Below are positions 51,859 through 60,833 of a DNA stretch of 64,000 nt, one piece after another (the first letter of the stretch is position 1; each line of letters opens with the position of its first letter). This DNA comes from Candidatus Altimarinota bacterium (GTDB lineage Bacteria > Patescibacteriota > Gracilibacteria > CAIRYL01), in NCBI GenBank assembly GCA_965250085.1, contig OZ252287.1, positions 96,001-160,000 on the forward strand, read 5' to 3'. The translations under genes and the position numbers were made by a program. The notes under the pieces were generated by a model. That model was given only the letters and a program-made list of their open reading frames with translations, did no database searches and was not told the DNA's origin.

Positions 51859-52929
51859 GTGCCCATGCCAAAAAACAATATATCCAAAACCTCATCAACT
51901 TTTATTGCTCATTCTCAACGTGGTAACACATTGATACACGATGTACTGGAGTATCACCATGAGGATCACCTCACAGATTCGGCAAGCTCACTGCGGGCGG
52001 ATTTTAATGTAGATACGGATGATATGGGCAATGTTCTTGTGGTACTGGACTACTATCCCTATGGGGACGTGAGGTTGGATGAACAGAGTAGTTCATATGA
52101 GAATGACTATAAGTTTACGGGGAAAGAGAAGGATGAGGATACGGGTTTGTATTATTATGAAGCGAGGTATTATGATTCTGGGATTGGGAGGTTTACTGCT
52201 ATTGACCCGATGGCAAAACTTTCTCCAGAAACTTTCCTGAAGGATCCTCAGCAATTAAATTCGTACACTTATGTCCGTAATAATCCCTTGGGTGCAATTG
52301 ATCCTGATGGGCTTCTCACTATCTTTATTCATGGAACTGTTTTGCCAGGAAAAAATACAAATCCATTTTCTGAGGGTTATATGAAACAAGTTGCTACGGA
52401 TCTTGGAGATAATAGCTATACAAATTTCTCTTGGTCAGGAACGAGTAGTGAAAAGGCAAGAACAGAGGCCGCAAGAAACCTGGAGTCTTTGGTTAGAAAC
52501 TACGAATTTTCTGAGGGGGAACAGTTAAATATCGTGGGGCATAGCCACGGTGGGAATGTTTCCATTGAAGCCATAAACACGAATAGAATGCTTCGCAATG
52601 TAGACAACCTTGTTCTTCTGGGTGCCCCAAATAGAGATGATTATACTTTAGATAATGATAATGTTGGGGCTGTGTACAATGTCTATTCATTGGAAGACAA
52701 TATACAAAATAACTGGGGCGGAGAATTTACTACTAATCCCGCAGAGTCTACCTATGCTAATCATCCGTGGAGAGCTGGCGAAAACGTGAAGAATCTTCGC
52801 TTTAGAGACATGAATAAGGGTCCAATTGAAACTCACTCATGGCTAAGAACACAGGAAGCTTGGAGTTATATTCGTAAATTTATAGAAGACAAAGATGAGG
52901 AAAGTTCGGATGACAAAGATGCAAGTTAA
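51859..52929 (+). CDS. Orphan Rhs C-terminal cassette with an alpha/beta-hydrolase (lipase-like) tip; true start uncertain
   Basis: Rhs core from about 51943; NNPLGAIDPDG, IFIHG, FSWSG, VGHSHGG (GxSxG), LLGAP and late D and H residues. Confidence 0.85.
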   Translation: MPMPKNNISKTSSTFIAHSQRGNTLIHDVLEYHHEDHLTDSASSLRADFNVDTDDMGNVLVVLDYYPYGDVRLDEQSSSYENDYKFTGKEKDEDTGLYYYEARYYDSGIGRFTAIDPMAKLSPETFLKDPQQLNSYTYVRNNPLGAIDPDGLLTIFIHGTVLPGKNTNPFSEGYMKQVATDLGDNSYTNFSWSGTSSEKARTEAARNLESLVRNYEFSEGEQLNIVGHSHGGNVSIEAINTNRMLRNVDNLVLLGAPNRDDYTLDNDNVGAVYNVYSLEDNIQNNWGGEFTTNPAESTYANHPWRAGENVKNLRFRDMNKGPIETHSWLRTQEAWSYIRKFIEDKDEESSDDKDAS

Positions 52930-52943
52930 TCTAATTTTTTACT

Positions 52944-53279
52944 ATGTCATTATTTTTTACACTGCCTTACTGTTTCGCGATTGTATCGCTCCATATAATT
53001 TCATTTTTTTTTGATTTATATGATACGGCCTGGGCATTTATTCCATTTTTTGTAATTTTCTTTTCCACATTATTTTTTATCTTGAGCTCATTTCTTGTTG
53101 TTAAACTGGTTTGTAATAAAAAAACAGAAAATAATTGGTACATCAAGTATTTAAAAGATCATAAACTACAATTCACCATTATTACGATTGTTCTCACAAT
53201 TCCTGTTTATTGTATCTTCAATGTAATAGCTTATTATTTGCTTTCTTTTTGGGGGGTCGATAGCAATTTTTGGTTTTGA
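52944..53279 (+). CDS. Small TM protein, putative immunity protein
   Basis: Starts 14 nt after the toxin stop; three hydrophobic segments. Confidence 0.6.
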   Translation: MSLFFTLPYCFAIVSLHIISFFFDLYDTAWAFIPFFVIFFSTLFFILSSFLVVKLVCNKKTENNWYIKYLKDHKLQFTIITIVLTIPVYCIFNVIAYYLLSFWGVDSNFWF

Positions 53280-53379
53280 TTTAAGTCCTATGATATTATA
53301 AGTCCACGCGGGAGCAGGTGTTCTGAGAGAAGCGAATGACACCTGCTCCTATAAATCCCTTCTTTTAGCTCATAAAAAC

Positions 53380-53478
53380 ATGAAAGTAGTCACCTCTTCA
53401 GCCGGCATCGCTAGTGGCAGTGGCAGTACGTGCACAGTTGATTTGAGTGGATGTAGCAGTCAGGACATGTCCCCGCTA
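53380..53478 (+). pseudogene. Short Rhs core remnant
   Basis: Encodes MKVVTSSAGIASGSGSTCTVDLSGC..., paralogous to the segments near 49732 and 53846. Confidence 0.7.
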
Positions 53479-53524
53479 GCGCGCGTTTGTAACGCGTGCA
53501 ATAAATAAACACTTTCAAGAATCC

Positions 53525-54490
53525 ATGTCAAAAAACTATACCTCTAACCCCCATGCAGTAACAGAAATAGCTGGTGTACCCTACTCCTACGATCCCAACG
53601 GCAATCTCACCTCCAATGATACCTGGAATCACTCTTGGGATTATAAAGACCGACTGCTGAGCAGTGCAGATGGAAGTACAACGGTGAACTATGAATATGA
53701 TGAGGGAGGCAATAGAGTGAAGAAGGTGAATACCTCAAGTGGGAAAGAAACCGTGTATGTGAATGAATACGTAGATATTGAGGATTCTGACCCTTCGACC
53801 GGCTCAGGACCTGCGGCAGTGAAAAATCATATCTATGCTGGAGGAATGAAGATAGCAACGTATTCTGAGGGTATTGCCAGTGGCACAGGGAGCACCTGTA
53901 CAGTTGACCTCAGTGGATGTGCTGGAGAAGGAGACACATCTCCACTCTGGGAGAATGAAACTTCACTCTCTGGAGTTTTGCAGGAAGAAGCTCATTATCT
54001 AGAAATCTCTGGAGATATGTGTGTGGTGTCTCTGGAGGGAGGAGAACAGGTTGCATGGCCAACAGAATCTGAACCCTCTTGGTGGTGTGGAGAAGTGAGT
54101 ATTCCTGTCTTTGATAGTGATATTGTGTATCACCATGAAGATCACTTAACGGGATCAAATGTAGACACCGATGACACAGGAAACCTCATTCAGCTCTTAG
54201 ACTATTATCCCTATGGAGATGTGAGGCTGGATGAACAGTCTTCTTCTTATGAAAATGACTATAAGTTTACGGGCAAGGAAAAGGATGAGGATACGGGGCT
54301 GTACTACTATGAAGCACGGTATTATGATAGTAGTATTGGGAGGTTTGTGAGTTTGGATCCTTTGGTAAAAGTGTCTCCAGAGGTTTTCTTAGTTGATCCA
54401 CAGCAACTTAACGGTTACTCATATGTTTCAAACAATCCCTTAAATGCTATCGATCCTGATGGACTTCTTACTATTTTTATTCATGGGTGA
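53525..54490 (+). pseudogene. Orphan Rhs core cassette whose tip is truncated after DPDGLLTIFIHG
   Basis: Closely paralogous to the last part of the main Rhs core; TGA follows 8 codons after DPDG. Confidence 0.8.
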
Positions 54491-54770
54491 TGACACTGAA
54501 ATACCTGACGGAGCACAAATCCTCTCAGAGCGAGGACTTCTTGATCTGGACACTGAGTATAAATATGTCAACAAAGGTCAATTTGAAAGATCTGAAAAAG
54601 ATACATGGGTTGAAAGTGGAAAAAATCCTGATTTTGCTGGTTCAGCTCAATGGTTTAGAGATTGCGTTATATCTGATACGTTCTTCTTGAATGATAGATT
54701 TCCTAACACTCAGTATCCAAATCGGGGTTCGCGTCGCGTGCTCAGGGTCAACTTGAACTTTGAATCTTAA
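54483..54770 (+). CDS. Hypothetical protein or fragment of another toxin tip
   Basis: ORF overlaps the truncation point in a shifted frame and is followed by a terminator. Confidence 0.4.
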   Translation: MGDDTEIPDGAQILSERGLLDLDTEYKYVNKGQFERSEKDTWVESGKNPDFAGSAQWFRDCVISDTFFLNDRFPNTQYPNRGSRRVLRVNLNFES

Positions 54771-54800
54771 ATTTTTCTTACACTTTAGCTTTATCCTTCT

Positions 54801-54824
54801 AGACCGCCTCATGGCGGTCTTTTT
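54801..54824 (+). terminator. Intrinsic terminator closing the Rhs locus
   Basis: AGACCGCC-TCAT-GGCGGTCT-TTTT. Confidence 0.8.
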
Positions 54825-54933
54825 GTATGGCAAGCAAAATTTCTTCAGTACAAAAGCGAATGCCCCTGCATTACCTGCTTTATTTCAAGAGTGTTTTTTG
54901 GTATAATGATCGGAACACTGAACACAAAAAGAC

Positions 54934-57387
54934 ATGACGCTCAAAGCAGAGTTTTTCTTAAATCGGATTCTCAATGTTTCTCATAACGAATGGGGGAGAA
55001 TAACAGCGTCCTGGATTCTTCGATTTCTTTTGCAGACTTCTACGGTATTAGGATTTATCCTCATGACCGCTTTTTTTGTAGAACAGCAGGGGATAGAGCG
55101 CCTTCCTCTTCTCTTTGTGCTTGAATCTCTTTTTGCAATCGGAGGCTCTTTTGCTCTTGGAAATTTTTTAAAAACAGTGTCTCTCAAAAAACTTTTTGTT
55201 TTTGGGACATGTTTTAGTGCTTTTTTTATTTTTCTAGCAGCTCTTTCTCCTCACACTTCTCCTCTTTTTTGGGGACTGCTTCTCTTTACCTATTCGGTCT
55301 GTATTGTCCAGCTCAACATCATCATGGTTCTCTTTATTGAAGAACTTTTTACCCCCCTGGAAAGCGATCATACCTTTCCTGTCGTTGAGTCGGCAGAACC
55401 ATTTGGCACACTTCTTGCTGGGGCTGCAGCAGCTGGAGGAGTACTGCTTTTTAATATGCACGCCTATAGTTTTCTCTGGATGTGGATGGGAGTTATGCTT
55501 CTGATGCTGCCGGCAATGGGACTGCTCAAGGTGCAATTAGAACCAGTTCCAATGCCAAAATCCCGTGAAAGTGTTGCACAAAGAACTTCTCCTTGGGAGC
55601 AGATGCGCAATATGATAGAGCATATGACAACGATTCCTTTCTTAAAGGGACTTTTTTTGATCGTATTGTTTCATTATATCGCATTTCACCTTGTTGAATT
55701 TGAATTTACCAAGGCAATAGATATCGATTTTGCTTCGCGTAAGACGCACATGAGTGAAGCAGACGCGCTTACTCACGGGCTTGGGAAGTTTCATATTTTT
55801 ATTTCTCTGATATTTCTCTTCTTCCAACTTATATTTGCAAGCCGAATTATAAAAACTATTGGAATCGTACGCACTATGGTTGTACACCCAATTCTTTCTT
55901 TTCTCGGATCTTTTTTCCTTTTTCTCAAATTTTCACTGGTGAGCTCCGTGGGGACAAAAACCATATTCGAGGTTTTTGGAGGAATTCAGAGAGATGCATA
56001 TCATGCGTCCTTCTACGCACTTCGGCCAAAGATTCGCAATCAAGCAAAAGAATTTTTAGAGGGGATTGCTCGACCACTCGGAATGCTTCTGGGAACGATC
56101 TTACTTATTTTCCTCCAAAATGTATTTTCAGAAAGCTTTCAAAATGCTGCATTTTCCGCAGCACTTATGCTGATTTTTTCGTATATGGCATTTGAAAGCA
56201 TACGGCTGATTCAAAAATACACATTTCTTGCTAAGAAAAACCTAGAAACAAAGGGGAATGCTCCTGAAAAAATAGATGCTATTGAGATTCTCGCTCAAAT
56301 GGGTCACAAAAATGCTGCTCAGCATTTGATCAAGTCACTAGAATTTCGAAAGGATCAACCGGAGGTTCGAGCAAAAATCCTTCAGACGTTGGGAGCTCTT
56401 GCAGATCCATTGGCGCTTCCAGAGATTTTAAAATTTCTTCAAGATAAACACAGAGAAGTGCAATTTGCTGCAGTACAAGCCCTGTCTGGATACAAAAACC
56501 TTGGAAAATCTCATCTGACAAAATCTTTTTCACAGCATCGAGTAGTAGAGGTTTTGAAAGAACTTTTTGTACAGACAAAATCAAAGGAAACAAAAAGAAC
56601 AATTATTGAGGTTTTTCGGAATCTTAATCAGAGAGACACTGTTCCTTTTCTCTTGGAAGCACTTGAAACCCAAGACATAGAACTCAAGGCAGATGTCATC
56701 TCGATTTGTGGACTTTTTCATGATGTTTCTACTGTGTATTATCTCGGAAAATTCTTAGACGACGAGCATCCTCGAGTGCGCTCTAATGCAATTATTGCAC
56801 TCTGGAAATTCATGCCATACAGGCTCAAGCTTCTCATGAAGCTCAATACTATGTTTGAATCAACAGATATGGACAGTATTCTTTCGGCCATTTATGCAGC
56901 TGGAGAATTGAGGCTGATCCAAGAAGTCCCACGTCTTCAAAGATTCCTTTCTCATGAGCACCTGGATGCTCAGAAGCATGCGTCTATTGCTCTTCTTAAA
57001 ATGGGACATCATATCGTAATAGAAAAAGTAGTATTCTTCCTTTTGCATCAAGATCAAGAACTTGCCGAAAGCACCAAAAAACTCCTTACGAAAGTACCGC
57101 AAAAGATGCAAGAAGCATTGCAAAGATCTCTGCGCCAAAAGATGTCAAAAAGAATATCTGCTATTCTTAAAAAATCTGATACGGAGATTCTGGAAGAGAT
57201 GGAAAAGTCGGTATTGCGAGACCTGTTGGAAGCATATCAAATCCTTCAGGCTGAAAGGGAAATCCTTCAAATAGAGCAAATCTTAGAAGAAAAAGAAACA
57301 AAAACTTCAAAGGAAAAAACAACTTCGAAAGACGTACTTCATCACCAAGGAAGCGTTACGCTGGAAGATCTTTTGACTCCGATGTAA
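54934..57387 (+). CDS. MFS/NTT-like membrane transporter fused to HEAT repeats
   Basis: About 12 TM segments ending near RNQAKEFLEGIARPLG, then helical repeats such as LQDKHREVQFAAVQAL and LDDEHPRVRSNAIIAL. Confidence 0.75.
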   Translation: MTLKAEFFLNRILNVSHNEWGRITASWILRFLLQTSTVLGFILMTAFFVEQQGIERLPLLFVLESLFAIGGSFALGNFLKTVSLKKLFVFGTCFSAFFIFLAALSPHTSPLFWGLLLFTYSVCIVQLNIIMVLFIEELFTPLESDHTFPVVESAEPFGTLLAGAAAAGGVLLFNMHAYSFLWMWMGVMLLMLPAMGLLKVQLEPVPMPKSRESVAQRTSPWEQMRNMIEHMTTIPFLKGLFLIVLFHYIAFHLVEFEFTKAIDIDFASRKTHMSEADALTHGLGKFHIFISLIFLFFQLIFASRIIKTIGIVRTMVVHPILSFLGSFFLFLKFSLVSSVGTKTIFEVFGGIQRDAYHASFYALRPKIRNQAKEFLEGIARPLGMLLGTILLIFLQNVFSESFQNAAFSAALMLIFSYMAFESIRLIQKYTFLAKKNLETKGNAPEKIDAIEILAQMGHKNAAQHLIKSLEFRKDQPEVRAKILQTLGALADPLALPEILKFLQDKHREVQFAAVQALSGYKNLGKSHLTKSFSQHRVVEVLKELFVQTKSKETKRTIIEVFRNLNQRDTVPFLLEALETQDIELKADVISICGLFHDVSTVYYLGKFLDDEHPRVRSNAIIALWKFMPYRLKLLMKLNTMFESTDMDSILSAIYAAGELRLIQEVPRLQRFLSHEHLDAQKHASIALLKMGHHIVIEKVVFFLLHQDQELAESTKKLLTKVPQKMQEALQRSLRQKMSKRISAILKKSDTEILEEMEKSVLRDLLEAYQILQAEREILQIEQILEEKETKTSKEKTTSKDVLHHQGSVTLEDLLTPM

Positions 57388-57451
57388 AAGATTTTTCTTT
57401 ACAGAGAGAAAAAAAATCTGATATCGTAACTCCCCATTTTCTCTAATTGTA

Positions 57452-58897
57452 ATGTCATCTACATTGAAAGCAAGCTGGGAGTCTATATTACAACAGCTTT
57501 CAAAAGATATTTCTCGGGCAAATCTGATTACCTGGTTTCAAAAAACCGCTCTTTTGGAGTTTGAAAATGGTATTCTTACAGTGGGAATTCCTCGTCAGTT
57601 TTTTTTAGCGTGGCATACTGCAAATTCGAAAGACAAAATTCAGGAAGTGGCAAAAGAGGTACTTGGAAATGTGCGATCTGTAGAATTTTCTGTTGATGGA
57701 AATTTAGATAATCCGGAGAACGAGAGTGCTATTGATGTTCTCAAGCTTTTTCCAAAAGGAGAAGTAAAAATGAGAAAACTTCCCAAGCGTGCAGAAGTGA
57801 AGATAGATGGGGAGATCATCAGCAAGATGATTTCACCCAAATATTCACTGCAAAATTTTGTGGTTGGATCAGAAAACAGACTTGCATATGCTTCGTGTAA
57901 AGCAGTAGGAGAACATCCTGGAGGCATGCAGGAAGATGGAGTATTTCCATATAATCCACTCTTTATTTACGGCGGAGTGGGGCTCGGAAAGACGCATCTT
58001 TTGCAGGCAACCGGAAATGAAATTCTGAGAAAAAATAATACGCTCGTAGTGCTCTACCTTACAGCAGAAAGTTTCGTATCTGAGATTGTCGAAGGTATAC
58101 AGAAAAGAAAAATGGAAAAAGTGCGTGAAAAATATCGTAAGGTAGATGTCCTTATTCTTGATGATATTCAGTTTTTTGCTGGAAAAGATCGAAGTCAGGA
58201 AGTTTTTTTCCATATCTTTAATGATCTGTATGACGCTGGGAAACAAATCATTTTATCATCAGACAAACCTCCAGCAGAGCTAGAACTCACAGCAGATCGA
58301 CTGAGGAGTAGATTTTCTATGGGGCTTGCTATTGATGTGCAGTTTCCTGATTACGAAACGAGACTTGCTATTGTGCGTATGAAAGCACAAGAAATCGGAC
58401 TGGTGTTAGAAAATGAAATTTTAAATTTTATTGCCTTTAATGTTCACCATTCAATTCGAGAAATAGAGGGTGTTCTTCGTGAAATCCGTGCTCAGGAAGA
58501 ATTTGAAGGTGTAAATCCTACTATAAAAGGCGCAGCACTTATTCTGAGAAAGCTCTATAAAGATCAAGATATTGTCGGATATGATGAAGAACGAAATGTC
58601 CCTGGTCCAGTGAGAAGTATGGATGACATTGTGGAACAGGTCGCTGACTTTTATTCAGTCACCAAGACTGACGTGCTGGGAAAGGCGCGTAATCGGGAGT
58701 TTGTTATTCCTCGGCAAGTCGCTATGTTTTTCTGTAAAAAATATCTCCGATTCTCACTGCAACGCATTGGCACTTTTTTTAGTGGACGTGATCATACTTC
58801 GGTGATTCATTCTCTCGATATGGTAAAAAAGAGAAAAAAAACGGATCCTCAGTTTTGGAGAGATACAAATACCCTTCGAAAAGAACTCGGATTTTAA
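57452..58897 (+). CDS. dnaA: Chromosomal replication initiator DnaA
   Basis: FVVGSENRLA, YNPLFIYGGVGLGKTHLLQA, LILDDIQF, RLRSRF, PRQVAMF and GRDHTSVIH. Confidence 0.98.
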   Translation: MSSTLKASWESILQQLSKDISRANLITWFQKTALLEFENGILTVGIPRQFFLAWHTANSKDKIQEVAKEVLGNVRSVEFSVDGNLDNPENESAIDVLKLFPKGEVKMRKLPKRAEVKIDGEIISKMISPKYSLQNFVVGSENRLAYASCKAVGEHPGGMQEDGVFPYNPLFIYGGVGLGKTHLLQATGNEILRKNNTLVVLYLTAESFVSEIVEGIQKRKMEKVREKYRKVDVLILDDIQFFAGKDRSQEVFFHIFNDLYDAGKQIILSSDKPPAELELTADRLRSRFSMGLAIDVQFPDYETRLAIVRMKAQEIGLVLENEILNFIAFNVHHSIREIEGVLREIRAQEEFEGVNPTIKGAALILRKLYKDQDIVGYDEERNVPGPVRSMDDIVEQVADFYSVTKTDVLGKARNREFVIPRQVAMFFCKKYLRFSLQRIGTFFSGRDHTSVIHSLDMVKKRKKTDPQFWRDTNTLRKELGF

Positions 58898-58946
58898 GAA
58901 ACTTCCTTTTATCAAGAGAGGTGAGACGAATCTAAGAACAAAGTCA

Positions 58947-58981
58947 TCCCCCTCCAACTCCCCCTAAAAGGGGGAGGGGAA
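58947..58981. repeat. GC-rich palindromic element between convergent genes
   Basis: CTCCCCCT-AAA-AGGGGGAG stem; resembles the element at 48019-48058. Confidence 0.55.
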
Positions 58982-58984
58982 TCA

Positions 58985-59452
58985 TTAAGAATTTTTCCCT
59001 AATTCTTCATTCATATTCATCATCTGTGTCAGGCTACTGGAAAAGTCATAGCCTTTTTCCAGACGCTCAATTGCTTGTTCGGGATTATTTACGGCGAGAA
59101 TACCATTGATAATGGGAATGGTTCCTTCTAAATTTAATTCCATGACGCCTCTGGCAGATTCATTTGTCACAATTTCAAAATGACGAGTTTCTCCTTGGAT
59201 AACGACTCCGAGAGCAATAATTCCATCAAAATCTCCAGTGTCCATTATTCTTTTGACCGAAAACGGAATTTCCAGAGCTCCTGGAACGGTGAATACCTCC
59301 ATTGCTTCTGCAGAGACAGAGCACTTCTTGAGTCCTTTGATGGTCACGTCAGCAAGTTTGTCGACCAATTCTTCATTAAATTCGGTGCGCACAATTGCTA
59401 CGGAAAATGGCTGTAGGGCCTTTGGGAAATTAGAAAAAGAGAAGAGAGACAT
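58985..59452 (-). CDS. ribH: 6,7-dimethyl-8-ribityllumazine synthase
   Basis: AIVRTEFN, VPGALEIP, IALGVVIQGETRHFE and PIINGIL. Confidence 0.95.
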   Translation of the reverse strand: MSLFSFSNFPKALQPFSVAIVRTEFNEELVDKLADVTIKGLKKCSVSAEAMEVFTVPGALEIPFSVKRIMDTGDFDGIIALGVVIQGETRHFEIVTNESARGVMELNLEGTIPIINGILAVNNPEQAIERLEKGYDFSSSLTQMMNMNEELGKNS

Positions 59453-59497
59453 ATGTTCAAATCAAAAGCTGCAGGCTATAAATTCAAAAGAATCCGA

Positions 59498-60760
59498 CTA
59501 AAAGGTCAAGATTTCAGGAGCAAACATAAGGAGTAGTCCGAGCGCGAGCATCAACAACCCTCCGATGACATTAGAAGCCTTTGCATATTTATAAGTGAGA
59601 CCTATCTTTTCAATGGAATATAAAGCAATACCAAAAACAATCAGGTCATCAATCATGTAGGCAAAAATATAAAGAACTATGTACCAGATTTTTTCCAAGA
59701 GGCTAAAGTTAGAGAGGTGCAAGATTTGTGTAAAAGTTTGAGGGATTCCAAAGCTACAGGCAAATTCAATAATATTGACCGAAAATGCGAGAAGAAGGAT
59801 CGCAAAGAGTGTTGCGAGAGTAAGAGGAGAGTGTGATATGTCATGAATTTTTTGTGTTATACGTTTTTTTTGTTCCACATTGGTGACCTTGCAGGTGCCG
59901 TCTGAAAAAAGACCTTCGTGCAGAAAAAAGAATCCTGACCCCATTGCAACAAGCCCTACTATAGGCGTCACCCATTGCTCAAGCCCCACAAAGTTCCAGG
60001 TGGTGAACCAGAGCGTCAAAATAAGCCCATACATGATCGCTTCTGCGAATAAAAAGATCCCCACTGTGACAAACATGCGAAACCGATCACCTATTTGAAT
60101 AAGGGCCAGAATAAAGACAATGAGTACCCACATGGCGCAGGGATTGAATCCATCAATAAATCCAAGAAGAAAAGAAAGCAGAGTGGGACTTTGGAAAGCA
60201 GAAATATCTACTTCTCCCCAAAATGGCACCGTTACCATGACAGGAGCAATAGCGCAGTCTGTTTCACCCTCATCGCAAGTAGAAGCTTCAAAAGAAAATG
60301 GTTCTAAGTCTTCTCGTTGTTCCCAGATTTTTGAAAAAGAAGGATGCGGGACATTCTCTTCATAATATTTTTGAAATCTGCTGCCCATGTTTTCTGGAGA
60401 ATCAAACCCCACAAAGACTTCTTTTCCAATGATTGTTATGGGTGTGCTTTTGGCAAGAGAGAGTTCATCGGACAGAGTTTTGAACATCTCGGCAGCGGTG
60501 TTATCTTTTTCAATATCAAGGATTTGATATTCAAGACTTTGATCTTGTTCTTTCCACGCAGAGAGAAAAGATTTTTCATCTTGGCAGTGAGAGCATTTTT
60601 CTCTGGCAAATACAGTCAAAACAGCAGCGTCATTATATTCAGACTCAGAAACAGAAGATTCTTTTTGCACAAAAAAACTCAGAGCAGAAAACACAATGGT
60701 GGCAACTGCTACAAAAAAGAACAGACGAGATTTTTTATTTTGGAAAGAAAGAAAGGACAT
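59498..60760 (-). CDS. Glutaredoxin-like CxxC domain fused to a DsbD/CcdA-like membrane domain
   Basis: CSHC, DGFNPCAMWVL and IEFACSFG; multiple TM segments. Confidence 0.8.
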   Translation of the reverse strand: MSFLSFQNKKSRLFFFVAVATIVFSALSFFVQKESSVSESEYNDAAVLTVFAREKCSHCQDEKSFLSAWKEQDQSLEYQILDIEKDNTAAEMFKTLSDELSLAKSTPITIIGKEVFVGFDSPENMGSRFQKYYEENVPHPSFSKIWEQREDLEPFSFEASTCDEGETDCAIAPVMVTVPFWGEVDISAFQSPTLLSFLLGFIDGFNPCAMWVLIVFILALIQIGDRFRMFVTVGIFLFAEAIMYGLILTLWFTTWNFVGLEQWVTPIVGLVAMGSGFFFLHEGLFSDGTCKVTNVEQKKRITQKIHDISHSPLTLATLFAILLLAFSVNIIEFACSFGIPQTFTQILHLSNFSLLEKIWYIVLYIFAYMIDDLIVFGIALYSIEKIGLTYKYAKASNVIGGLLMLALGLLLMFAPEILTF

Positions 60761-60833
60761 TGAATAGACGATAAGTTATAGATTTCAAGTTATAAATTTT
60801 CTATACTCCCAGAGAACATATATCGTACTAAAA

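Noticed and set aside
49990-54470. Three similar Rhs core copies as a diversity-generating retroelement template/variable pair
   Set aside because: Differences are mostly synonymous and not adenine-specific, and no reverse transcriptase is in the window.
54488-54499. UGA read-through (genetic code 25) extending the last Rhs cassette
   Set aside because: Conserved genes are uninterrupted under code 11, TGA ends several genes (for example at 7745 and 26847), and three in-frame TGAs cluster here.
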